From: Nanobdellota archaeon
GTDB lineage: Archaea > Nanobdellota > Nanobdellia > Woesearchaeales > SM23-78
DNA length: 64,000 nt
Assembly: GCA_018819305.1 (NCBI GenBank)
Contig: JAHJQO010000014.1
Span: forward strand, 34,832 to 98,831
Direction: 5' to 3'
The position numbers and the translations under genes are program-made. Positions 49,416-58,446 of the stretch are shown here, in pieces (position 1 is the stretch's first letter; each line of letters begins with the position of its first letter). The notes under the pieces were generated by a model. It had not been told where the DNA came from and searched no databases. It saw nothing but the letters and a program-made list of their open reading frames with translations.

Positions 49416-50321
49416 ATGAAAAGAAAAATCATCAAACTAGGCAATGCAACCCTAGTAACATCTCTGCCAAGCAAATGGGTAAAAAAATACGGATTAAAAC
49501 AAGGAGATGAAATAGACATAGATGAGCAAGAAAGAAGTCTCCAACTTTCAACAGCCAAGAGCTTTCAGATGAGCAAAACAGAAATAGATGTTACAACCAT
49601 TGACCTGCTAATGAAAAGAATCGTAGTGGCGCGTTATCTTGCAGGCTATGATGTTATTAGAATAAAGATTGACAGTATAGAAAAAGCAAGAACAATACAA
49701 AAAAGAGCAAAAGATCTCATAGGTATGGAAGTGGTAAATCAAGGCAAAGACTTTGTAGAACTCAAAGAAATATCATACATAAATGAAGAAAGTTTTGAGC
49801 CAATGCTGAGAAGAGTATTTCTCTTGCTCCTAACTATTTCAGAAGAAAGTGAAAAAGCAATATTTGCATCGCAAACAGACCTGGAATATATTAAAGACAT
49901 GGAACAAAATGTTAATAATTTCACAGACTACTGCTTCAGAATACTGAACAAAAGAGGATATTCAAAATATAATAAAACACCAGATGTTTATTGTGTGGTA
50001 AATAACCTTGAATTTATAGGAGACGATTATAAGAAATTAGTATCATACATAACAGATAACAACTTGAAATTATCAAAAGAAAACAAAAACCTTTACGCTA
50101 AAATCAACAAGCTCTTAAGAGAATTATATGAAATTTATTACAAGTATTCAGATGACAAAGCAATTGCATTGGCAGAGCACAGGGATGAAATAATAAAAAC
50201 AATTGAAACAGCAACAAATAAAACAAAATCAGTAAAAGAAGCAGTATTATTACAGAAGTTCTACAACATTACAGAATTAATCATTAATGTTCTGGGGCAC
50301 ATACTAATTATACAAAGCTAG
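49416..50321 (+). CDS. AbrB/SpoVT-type DNA-binding domain fused to PhoU-like repeats (archaeal phosphate-uptake-regulator-like).
   Basis: N-terminal KLGNATLVTSLPSKWVKKYGLKQGDEIDI (AbrB swapped hairpin). C-terminal helical repeats in PhoU-like register. Confidence 0.5.
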   Translation: MKRKIIKLGNATLVTSLPSKWVKKYGLKQGDEIDIDEQERSLQLSTAKSFQMSKTEIDVTTIDLLMKRIVVARYLAGYDVIRIKIDSIEKARTIQKRAKDLIGMEVVNQGKDFVELKEISYINEESFEPMLRRVFLLLLTISEESEKAIFASQTDLEYIKDMEQNVNNFTDYCFRILNKRGYSKYNKTPDVYCVVNNLEFIGDDYKKLVSYITDNNLKLSKENKNLYAKINKLLRELYEIYYKYSDDKAIALAEHRDEIIKTIETATNKTKSVKEAVLLQKFYNITELIINVLGHILIIQS

Positions 50322-52322
50322 TTACTTTTTAGAAGGACCAAATTTAGAATCATAAGCAGCAGTTGCTAAATCCATTGTTTCTTTAAACCAATTTTTTATA
50401 GTTATACCTTTATTCACATCCATACGAATAGGAGTATCAACATAACCATCTTGCCTAATTACTTCATCAACAGTAAAATAAAAATATATATGGTTTTCTT
50501 CTAAATAAGGTCTTAAGACATCATAATCTTCAGAACCTGTTTGCCTAATTGCTTCAATAGCAAGGTAATGATTTAAATAAAATAATCTGCCAGTTCTAGT
50601 ATCTTTAAATTGTTTTTCAGCATACTCAATCCTGGCTTCTGCCAGAAACATCCTTATATCCTCATCTTTTTCACGAGCCATTTGCAAAAGAGATACCTTT
50701 GTATCCAAGTCCATATCTTTTTTTAACTGAATTTTTTCTTGCTCTAGATTATTTGTTTTTTTATTCATAACATACCAGCTGGCACCAGCAACAGCAGCAA
50801 GTGCAATGGCTCCATAAACAGTCCACTTCTGCCAGGTTCTGATGTTCTTACCTCTTTTTAGGCCTTGTTTCAGTTTTCTCAGTGTTTTATTTTTTTGCTT
50901 GTCATCTGTCTGGTCAAGCAGGTACTCTTTGATCTGTATTGAAGCCATGTTTTCCTGAGAACCAAGAGCATGAGGATTATAATCTTTCAGATAATCTCCC
51001 AACTGACTCCCTAAATCTGTGAGTGAATCATCAAATGTTCCTATGTATTCTGTGATTTTTTCTTTGAAATCTCCCGGCAGCAAGCTTTTTTCAACAACAT
51101 GGTCAAGCCTATTCAAGGCAAGAGTATAAGCAACATCTGCCATTGTTGATAAAGCCGTGGACTTCTCAATAACAGGAGTTTTCTTCAAACGTCTATTCTT
51201 GAAATCAAGTTTAATTTTGGATTTCTTAACATGATTTGACCTCATCTTATATCTGACTGCTGTTAACAAGTCCTGAACAACAGCATTCAAAGCATATCTT
51301 TTATGAGATGCTTGTATATCTTGTTCTGTTAATTCTCTGCCTTCTAAATTCGCAAGGTTTCCAGAGGCATAACTTATAATTCTTTCCTGTGCATCATAAT
51401 CAACTCCTACTTTGGTTAAGAGTCTTTCATAATCAAATTCTAAGAATCCCTTGCTTAAGCCTTCCATGTCAATTATTTTAATATTATCTTCATCAATCAA
51501 AACATTGCTATGTATTAAATCTCTGTGAATCACATAATTATTTGCATTATTAATTTCTGTAAAGCATTCGGCTAAATGTTCATTGATATCTTGTTTAAGA
51601 TTCTCTCTTTCAGCAGGTACATGAAGCCCCTGGGAGGACAACTGATCATAATCTTGCATTCTTTGAAAAAAGAATTTGTTAAAAGCTTTTTCTACTGTTA
51701 ATAAATCGTCCAAGGTTTGTTTTCCTTTTTTATCTTGGAATATGTACTTGTTTTCAGTGAGATTCAATGACAATCTTTGATAAGTATCAATAATGTTCTT
51801 TATTGTTTCTTCTTTTTCCTGAGGATTCATATCCTGGCAAGCATCTGCAAATGAGCTTGCATTAATCATTGGATAGGATATAATCTGTTTATTATCATTA
51901 GTGAATGAAGGAGGAACAATTATGTTTTCCAAGTCTGTTCCCTGAAGATGAGTGTAAACCCTTTCTTGCATATCCAGAGCTCTTTTGTATGATTCTTTTG
52001 TTGAGAATAATTTGACAAAATTGTCAATTGCAAGGTCTTTGGTTATTGGAAGGGTTACTCTGAATAATTCACCTCCAGCAACAGTATGTTTTGTAGCATA
52101 TTTCATCTGAATTGCAGGAATGTCAAACAGCTTATTGCCGCTTTTTTTAACAAGCTTAGTCAAGCGCTCAACAGTAAGAACATCAATTTTTCCCTGGTCC
52201 AGCCATTCTTCAACAGGTTTGTAGATAAAGTCCTGAAGAAAAGTCTTGTAATCATTGCCAAGAATCTGTTTTAAAGAAAGTCGGATTCCTTCCTGATTTG
52301 TCAGAGGATTAGATAGGGTCAT
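50322..52322 (-). CDS. Membrane-anchored protein-kinase-like (ePK-fold) protein with a C-terminal TM and a ~170-aa extracytoplasmic tail.
   Basis: Catalytic-loop-like VIHRDLIHSNVLID and DFG-like IIDMEG. TM is WTVYGAIALAAVAGASWYV. Confidence 0.5.
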   Translation of the reverse strand: MTLSNPLTNQEGIRLSLKQILGNDYKTFLQDFIYKPVEEWLDQGKIDVLTVERLTKLVKKSGNKLFDIPAIQMKYATKHTVAGGELFRVTLPITKDLAIDNFVKLFSTKESYKRALDMQERVYTHLQGTDLENIIVPPSFTNDNKQIISYPMINASSFADACQDMNPQEKEETIKNIIDTYQRLSLNLTENKYIFQDKKGKQTLDDLLTVEKAFNKFFFQRMQDYDQLSSQGLHVPAERENLKQDINEHLAECFTEINNANNYVIHRDLIHSNVLIDEDNIKIIDMEGLSKGFLEFDYERLLTKVGVDYDAQERIISYASGNLANLEGRELTEQDIQASHKRYALNAVVQDLLTAVRYKMRSNHVKKSKIKLDFKNRRLKKTPVIEKSTALSTMADVAYTLALNRLDHVVEKSLLPGDFKEKITEYIGTFDDSLTDLGSQLGDYLKDYNPHALGSQENMASIQIKEYLLDQTDDKQKNKTLRKLKQGLKRGKNIRTWQKWTVYGAIALAAVAGASWYVMNKKTNNLEQEKIQLKKDMDLDTKVSLLQMAREKDEDIRMFLAEARIEYAEKQFKDTRTGRLFYLNHYLAIEAIRQTGSEDYDVLRPYLEENHIYFYFTVDEVIRQDGYVDTPIRMDVNKGITIKNWFKETMDLATAAYDSKFGPSKK

Positions 52323-52606
52323 TTTGTTTCCACCTCCTCTAGAACATCTATTGTCAGTCTTACAATTGTTTTCGGCTTTAGATAGTTTTCAAGAATCCTA
52401 GGGACAACAATGATTGCTTGATTACTATGCTTAGCAACTTTTTTTGTGATTATGAATTGTTTGATTGGCAAAATATTCCCCCTAAAATGTATAATTTAGA
52501 CATATTGCTATTCTTATCATTTATAAATGTTTTGATTTTTAGCTACTTTTCAGTAGTGAAAGATTGTTGGAAAGGTTTTTATAAGCAGCAACATTCATAA
52601 CAGAGG

Positions 52607-53287
52607 GTGGGTGAAATAAAGAAAAAACCAACAGAGCAAAAAACACTTGTAATTCTCTCTGCAATCTTAATAATCATTATCTTGTTCTCAGCCAGCTTTT
52701 TTATGGTCTTGTTTGACAAGAAATTATATGACAAGCAGTTTGAGCAGAGCGGCATATATGAAGAAATTGGTGTCTTTGGCATAAGGAACACAGTTGACTA
52801 TTTAATTAAATACTTAACTAGTGGAAATACTGAAATTAATGAAATACCAGAACTGGCAGTGTTCTCAGAAGCAGAAAGATCTCATTTGGAAGATGTCAGA
52901 TACATTATAATCTGGGCTAAGGCTCTTGGGATCGCAGCCTTTGTTCTTCTCATCATATTTATTCTTCGTCTTAACCAGCTCAAAGACTATGCTTTGAATT
53001 TCAGAAGAATTCTAATTTATGGAGGCATAGCAACTTTGGCTGTGCTCGCAATAATTTTTTTCCTAAGCTTGAATTTTCCTGCATTTTTCGATGCATTTCA
53101 TAGATTATTGTTTCCGCAGGGAAATTATACTTTTCCAGTAAATTACTTGTTAATCAAAATGTTTCCACAAGTATTTTTTAATGCATATGCAATAAAAATG
53201 TTTTTTCATGTATTAATCATGAGCTTGGTGCTTATATTCTTAGGTTCTTCTTCAGCTCTGGCCTTCAGAAAGACCAGACGCAATTAA
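52607..53287 (+). CDS. Integral membrane protein (possibly DUF1461/TIGR01906-like).
   Basis: It has 4-5 predicted TM helices. Weak resemblance only. Confidence 0.35.
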   Translation: MGEIKKKPTEQKTLVILSAILIIIILFSASFFMVLFDKKLYDKQFEQSGIYEEIGVFGIRNTVDYLIKYLTSGNTEINEIPELAVFSEAERSHLEDVRYIIIWAKALGIAAFVLLIIFILRLNQLKDYALNFRRILIYGGIATLAVLAIIFFLSLNFPAFFDAFHRLLFPQGNYTFPVNYLLIKMFPQVFFNAYAIKMFFHVLIMSLVLIFLGSSSALAFRKTRRN

Positions 53288-53815
53288 ATGAGCAACACGA
53301 ATAGGTTCTGGCAAATTAGAATGAGTACATGTTATTTTTAGCAATTTCTTTGTGTCTTCCAGATTTATACCAACATGCTGAACATAAATATCATCTATCT
53401 TAACTGGCTTTGGCATCTTCTTAATAATATCAATTTTTTTATCCATGCGAAGGCCTTTTAATGCAGCAAATATTTTTTTATAATCGGGATGATCTCGGAT
53501 GACAATAATCACAGGAATCTTTAATTCTTTGTTCAGAACAACAGGATTAATCACATTAAAGCCAGCAACAGCAATTCCTTTCAAAAAAATAGCTTGAATC
53601 TGTGGTCTGAACTTAGAATCCTTAACCATCTCAATTATTCTAAGAGTTGCATCTTCTCCATCTTTCTTAACATTACAAGAAAGAAGACCGTCCATAAAGT
53701 TGCCGCCTCGAAAAAGAGTAGCAACAACTCTCACATATTTCTGCAGAGGGTCAAACTTATCAAAGCAAGTGTCTGCAATTCCTAAAACACGGAGTTCTTT
53801 TTTTAGTTTATTCAT
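53252..53815 (-). CDS. Conserved archaeal hypothetical protein (possibly the UPF0215/DUF99 family).
   Basis: Length ~187 aa. The pattern is weak, so the assignment is low confidence. Confidence 0.3.
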   Translation of the reverse strand: MNKLKKELRVLGIADTCFDKFDPLQKYVRVVATLFRGGNFMDGLLSCNVKKDGEDATLRIIEMVKDSKFRPQIQAIFLKGIAVAGFNVINPVVLNKELKIPVIIVIRDHPDYKKIFAALKGLRMDKKIDIIKKMPKPVKIDDIYVQHVGINLEDTKKLLKITCTHSNLPEPIRVAHLIASGLSEGQS

Positions 53816-54591
53816 TTTAACTTCCTAACAAATGTCAAGAAAGCTGTATGCCCATGGTCTTTTGTTTTTGGCCTGCTTCTCTTGGCATCAACAGCCCATT
53901 CTCTCTCAATAACCTCAATTGTTTTTTCTATTAATAATTCTTCAGGTAATTCTTTGACAAAATCCTGCACCTGAGTAATGTTTGGAAGATAAATAACCAG
54001 AAATCCGCCAATCTTTAGCACTTTTTGTGCTGTCTTTATTGCTTTCCCAGGATCAGGAACATCAAGCACAAATATATCTATATTTTTCTCATTAATCTTT
54101 GTATAAGAATATATGTTGCCTTCTTTAACAGTGATGTTCCTTAAGCCCAAAGATTGAATGTTTTCTGTGGTGGTTTCAAGACTGGATTTATCAATATCAT
54201 AAGATATAACTTTCTTGGCAAGCATTGCAAGAAAACAAGCAATTGCACCTGAACCAGAACCAGCATCAAGAACAACAGAATCTTTTGTAATGCCTGTGTT
54301 AGCAATAATTGCACCAATATCTTTAAGTGTGATTATCTGCGCCATTCTTTTAATGCGCTTGTAATGGTCAAGAAAAACAGGGTCAAGAATAATAAATTCA
54401 TGGTTTTTGACTTTTACAACAGAGCCTGCTTTTTTTAGCAGGTCTTTCTTAGATATTATTCCATGTTTTGTGTGAAAATCCTTGTCAGCATCAACATAAT
54501 GCTTTTCAAAACCGGAAATAACTCTCTCTTTATCATCCACTTGAATTTTTTTCTCTTTTTTAATCAGGATTTTCTTTTTTGCCATTTTCAA
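53812..54591 (-). CDS. tRNA (adenine-N1)-methyltransferase, TrmI/Gcd14-like.
   Basis: SAM motif VLDAGSGSGAIACFLAML and DIFVLDVPDP (cf. TrmI FLDLPAPW). N-terminal beta-barrel-like region. Confidence 0.55.
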   Translation of the reverse strand: MKMAKKKILIKKEKKIQVDDKERVISGFEKHYVDADKDFHTKHGIISKKDLLKKAGSVVKVKNHEFIILDPVFLDHYKRIKRMAQIITLKDIGAIIANTGITKDSVVLDAGSGSGAIACFLAMLAKKVISYDIDKSSLETTTENIQSLGLRNITVKEGNIYSYTKINEKNIDIFVLDVPDPGKAIKTAQKVLKIGGFLVIYLPNITQVQDFVKELPEELLIEKTIEVIEREWAVDAKRSRPKTKDHGHTAFLTFVRKLK

Positions 54592-54606
54592 GAATAGTAA
54601 AAGGAG

Positions 54607-54709
54607 AGCGGGAGGGGAGACTCGAACTCCCGATCAGTGGGTTGCAGCCACTTGCCTTAGCCGCTTGGCCTTAGGAAAAAACCTCAAAAATGATAGTCTT
54701 TACTCCCGC
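54607..54709 (-). tRNA. tRNA-Cys (anticodon GCA) with a ~31-nt non-canonical intervening sequence between nt 9 and the D-stem (approx. 54670..54700). The mature length is ~72 nt; CCA is not encoded.
   Basis: Acceptor GCGGGAG/CTCCCGC (7 bp), U8A9, D-arm GCCA-AGCGGCTA-AGGC, anticodon arm AGTGG-CTGCAAC-CCACT (anticodon GCA), variable GATC, T-arm GGGAG-TTCGAGT-CTCCC, discriminator T. The 5' acceptor strand is separated from the D-arm by 31 nt. Confidence 0.6.
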
Positions 54710-54714
54710 AAAAA

Positions 54715-55440
54715 CTAAGGTCGCTCTCCTGCTAAAGCAGACAAAAGCTTTATCTGCTTATTGGGTGTGTTAAAGCCTATATATTTATAAAAGTTTCCGA
54801 AAGAAGACTTCTCTATTTCAAAACGCATCTCTACACTTTGAGAACCGTCTTTTCTAATATTTAGATTCCAATATCTAATAGGGGAAGCCTTAATATAAAA
54901 ATTATTTAACAAAGATCTTATTTGACTCAAGAATCGTAAGCCATCATCTAATAAATCTTTATTTTTACAAAAAGTCAAAGAGATTCGCCACCGTACATAA
55001 TTCTTATATTGCTTTGTGAAAAAAATTGAACCTTCGCAATCAAACAAACTTCTAAGATAAGCACTTTTTATTTCATTAGAACCATTTATAATCCACCCCG
55101 GAACTTGAAAAGGAGTGTTTGTTTTGTTACCTTTAGGAACACCAACTCGTTTAAGAAACAAAGCAGTTGATTTAGAAATAAAGAATAATTTATACCTTAA
55201 GTTAAGAGTTATAACTTTTTTGCCCGGACTTCTATCTTCATATATTCTTCCTTCAACATCAAATACTTTTTTAAATAATTTTTTAACTCTATTTATTTCA
55301 TCTAAATCTTTTGAATAAAAAGAAGTTAGATACCTCCATTCTTTTATTTGCAAATGACCATCTGAAGTTATAAGTGCAGCTATTTGTGCAAGTTCTAGAG
55401 TTAATTTATTTTTCATCTCGCCCCGAGTTGATGAAAGCAT
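54715..55440 (-). mobile_element. Free-standing LAGLIDADG homing-endonuclease-like gene (241 aa), directly upstream of the intron-containing tRNA-Cys.
   Basis: Dodecapeptides LAQIAALITSDGHL and AYLRSLFDCEGSIF are ~110 aa apart. The stop is 5 nt from the tRNA 5' end. Confidence 0.6.
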
Positions 55441-55558
55441 AAATTAATGGAAGGATGATTATATATAAGACTGACGTCAACATGTCCAGTGCTCGCAGTA
55501 CATTAGACTGAGAAAAACAGGCTTAATAAAGGTTACGAAAAAAATAGAATTTCCAGAA

Positions 55559-56161
55559 TCATTTCTTTCTTGCATTCTTGATTGCTTGGTCTAGGTCATT
55601 TTTAGAAATCTTATGTTTTCTGAATTTTTTTTGTATTTCTTCAGATAATTCTTTGAATTTCTTTTTTAGAGCAATTTTTTTCAGTTCGCTTCTATACTTC
55701 TCAATTTCATTATTAGTAATATTAGAAACAATCTCATCAAACAATGATACAAATAATTTTGCTTCTTTAAGTATTTGTTTAACCTGTGCTTCTTTACCAA
55801 TTTTTATATAATATTGGGCATCTATTCTTTTTTCTTTGTGTTGATTTACCACATTTATTTTATCATCTCCTAATAAAAAACCTACTGCTGATATTGAACA
55901 AGAATGAATCTCGCAGTTAACACCTATTTTTTGCAGAAAAGAGTATAATGCATAATAATCTGCATAATAGATAACTACAGTACTCCAGAGCAAGTCATTG
56001 TCTTCAAAATCCTTTTCTGCTCTTTTTAATGATGATTTAGCTTCTTTTAGATACAAATCCGAAAGTCTTTTGTTTGGCTCAACTATTCTTAATCCATCTT
56101 TAATTCCAAAACACCAACTCAATTTCTTATCCTGCATAGTAACTCCACATATTATCAACAT
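55559..56161 (-). CDS. HEPN-like domain protein (partner of the adjacent nucleotidyltransferase). Assignment is tentative.
   Basis: Helical N-terminus with a HEPN-like register (LKEAKSSLKRAEKDFEDNDLLWSTVVIYYADYYALY) and a KRIDAQYY (R-x4-Y) region. It overlaps the upstream NTase gene. Confidence 0.35.
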   Translation of the reverse strand: MLIICGVTMQDKKLSWCFGIKDGLRIVEPNKRLSDLYLKEAKSSLKRAEKDFEDNDLLWSTVVIYYADYYALYSFLQKIGVNCEIHSCSISAVGFLLGDDKINVVNQHKEKRIDAQYYIKIGKEAQVKQILKEAKLFVSLFDEIVSNITNNEIEKYRSELKKIALKKKFKELSEEIQKKFRKHKISKNDLDQAIKNARKK

Positions 56162-56714
56162 AAAAAGAATGATTGTTTAGGATGACATGATTTTCTTCTA
56201 TCTCTTTTATTATTGTTTCTTGTTGGCTTAGTGATTTTATAAAAGTTGCTTCTGTCATATCAATCTTATGAAGTTCGTATGGAAGCAGATGAAGAGGTAA
56301 TTTTAATTCATTCATTGATATTTTTAATAAATCCAAATCTGAATTCTTATCTGCTTTGAATCTAGCAAAGCTTCCAAAAATAATTAAAGGAGTTAATGTT
56401 TTAATTTCTTTTAGAAAGGTTTTGAATACAGGATATTTTTCCAGGAACAAGAATGTTTTATATATCTCTGCTTGTAAAAGATAGAATTTTGTTTGTATAT
56501 TGCTTAAATTTAGTTTAAAGTATTTATTTTTTCCTTCCTGGCTTCCTATAAGTATGTTTTTTTGTTCAAGTTCTTTTATCTTGTTCTGTGTTGTCTTAAG
56601 AGGTGTCTTTGTTAATCTGCTTATTTCCCTTAGGTAAAACTGTTTCTTATAATCGTTTAGGTATAGCATTATTATCCCAAGTTCTTTGTTTCTTTTTAGA
56701 TACATATGTATCAT
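56127..56714 (-). CDS. wHTH plus minimal nucleotidyltransferase (MNT) domain protein (MNT-HEPN toxin-antitoxin-like module).
   Basis: NTase motif IIFGSFARFKADKNSDLDLL (GS...x9-13 DxD). N-terminal HTH: LREISRLTKTPLKTTQNKIKELEQKNILI. Confidence 0.6.
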   Translation of the reverse strand: MIHMYLKRNKELGIIMLYLNDYKKQFYLREISRLTKTPLKTTQNKIKELEQKNILIGSQEGKNKYFKLNLSNIQTKFYLLQAEIYKTFLFLEKYPVFKTFLKEIKTLTPLIIFGSFARFKADKNSDLDLLKISMNELKLPLHLLPYELHKIDMTEATFIKSLSQQETIIKEIEENHVILNNHSFYVDNMWSYYAG

Positions 56715-56800
56715 AAAATATACGATTGTTTAAATATTTTTCGATAAAAAAACAAAATCAGAACTAATATGTAAGCCTGACTTAGAGATGTCCAGTGGAG

Positions 56801-56880
56801 AACGAAAATTTTACGAAAAAAACAAATTTTTGACTCGCATAACAAAAAAGTTATGCGATAACGAAAATTTTACGAAAAAA
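56801..56880 (+). repeat. Two 21-nt direct repeats (aacgaaaattttacgaaaaaa) at 56801 and 56860, bracketing an 8-bp inverted repeat (cgcataac-aaaaaa-gttatgcg). Candidate operator or attachment-like element.
   Basis: Seen directly in the sequence. It lies in the intergenic region between the NTase gene and the AlkD-like gene. Confidence 0.5.
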
Positions 56881-56906
56881 GTTAAATAAGAGTACTAATA
56901 ACTCAG

Positions 56907-57614
56907 TTGATAATGAATGCAAAAGACGTCAAAAAAGACCTGAAAAAGCTTGCAAACCCGGAGCAAGCAAAGCTATTGCAAAGATTCTTCAAAACAGGAC
57001 TTGGAGAATATGCTGAAGGGGATGTTTTTCTAGGAATAAAGGTTCCTGTTCAAAGAAAAGTTGCAAAGAACTATATTGATTTAAGTTTAAAAGATGTTCA
57101 GGAATTACTTAGCAGCAAAATTCATGAGCATAGATTATCAGCATTATTCATTCTTATAGACAAATACAAAAAATCAGATCTTAAGGGTAAAAAACAAATA
57201 TTTGATTTCTACTTAAAAAACACTCAACATATCAATAACTGGGATTTAATTGATTTATCTGCTCCAAATATTGTTGGAAACTACCTGTTGGATAAAGACA
57301 GAAAAATACTCTATAAACTTGCAAAATCAAAGAGCTTGTGGGAGAAAAGAATCTCTGTTCTTGCAACTTTTAGTTTTATCAACAATAAAGAAACCAAAGA
57401 TATACTTAAAATTGCTGAAATCTTACTGCATGACAAGCATGACTTAATACACAAAGCAGTCGGATGGATGCTCAGAGAGATTGGCAAAAGAGTTAGCCAG
57501 GCAGAAGAAGAAAAATTTCTCAAAAAACATTACAAAGTAATGCCAAGAACAATGCTCAGGTATGCTATTGAAAGATTTGATGAGAAGAAAAGAAAGTTTT
57601 ATATGAAGAAATAA
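56907..57614 (+). CDS. DNA alkylation repair enzyme (AlkD/AlkC-like HEAT-repeat DNA glycosylase family).
   Basis: LANPEQAKLLQRFFKTG...EGDVFLGIKVPVQRKVAK and NNWDLID are characteristic of the AlkD-like family. Confidence 0.6.
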   Translation: MIMNAKDVKKDLKKLANPEQAKLLQRFFKTGLGEYAEGDVFLGIKVPVQRKVAKNYIDLSLKDVQELLSSKIHEHRLSALFILIDKYKKSDLKGKKQIFDFYLKNTQHINNWDLIDLSAPNIVGNYLLDKDRKILYKLAKSKSLWEKRISVLATFSFINNKETKDILKIAEILLHDKHDLIHKAVGWMLREIGKRVSQAEEEKFLKKHYKVMPRTMLRYAIERFDEKKRKFYMKK

Positions 57615-58346
57615 TCAATCTTTAGCTTTTTCCCACTGCTCATTAAAGAATCTTTGCCATCGAACATAATTTTCTCTTGATTTTATTAAGAATCCAACTG
57701 GCTTTTTTCCCCATATCACATTTAACAAATGGTCTTTAAAGATAAAGATTCCTGTGGGAAACTCTTGTCTAGTGTATTTTATTTTGATAAGTTCATATTG
57801 ACTGTAAAATTGTTTAAAAATATGTTTCCATTTAATATTATGCAAGGTTCTTATTCTTATTTTCATATCTAACCTTTTTTTAAAGACTTGGGCCCAGAAA
57901 ATTTGTAGTTCTTCTTTAGCCAGGAGCTCTCCTAATGGCAGTCCGCAATATTCACTATTTTTTCCAATATAATCATACATTTCATAAAAAACAGATTTTA
58001 TGGCGCGAGCTCCTTCATATATCCTTGCATCATATTCAACTTCTTTTTTTTGCCTTATTATCTGTAGTTCATCTACGGTCTCACTTAAGTTTGCTTTTTT
58101 TTCTTCATAAAAATTCATTAAGGTGTTTGGATCAGAAGCCTGAAAATATTTTGTTTTTCCTTTTAAAACATAATTGCATAAACCTTTTTTCATCAATTTA
58201 TCTAATGTTTCATAAATTTTAGAGTTTTGAACTCCTGAATCTTTAACTAAAGGTCCTGTTGTTGTACTGCCCAGCTTTAACAACACCAAAAATACTGCTA
58301 TTTCTCTTTCTGAAAGGCCTAGGTCTAAAAGGATTTGTTTGTTCAT
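57615..58346 (-). CDS. TrmB-family transcriptional regulator.
   Basis: N-terminal LGLSEREIAVFLVLLKLGSTTTGPLVKDSGVQNSKIYETLDKLMKKGL. Confidence 0.55.
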   Translation of the reverse strand: MNKQILLDLGLSEREIAVFLVLLKLGSTTTGPLVKDSGVQNSKIYETLDKLMKKGLCNYVLKGKTKYFQASDPNTLMNFYEEKKANLSETVDELQIIRQKKEVEYDARIYEGARAIKSVFYEMYDYIGKNSEYCGLPLGELLAKEELQIFWAQVFKKRLDMKIRIRTLHNIKWKHIFKQFYSQYELIKIKYTRQEFPTGIFIFKDHLLNVIWGKKPVGFLIKSRENYVRWQRFFNEQWEKAKD

Positions 58347-58446
58347 TCATAAGAGAATATTAATCAACATATAAAAAACTTTCCTATTACTACCGTCAGA
58401 AGGGGTAAATAGTTTTTAAATAGAGATTTTTATTCACCTAACTAAA

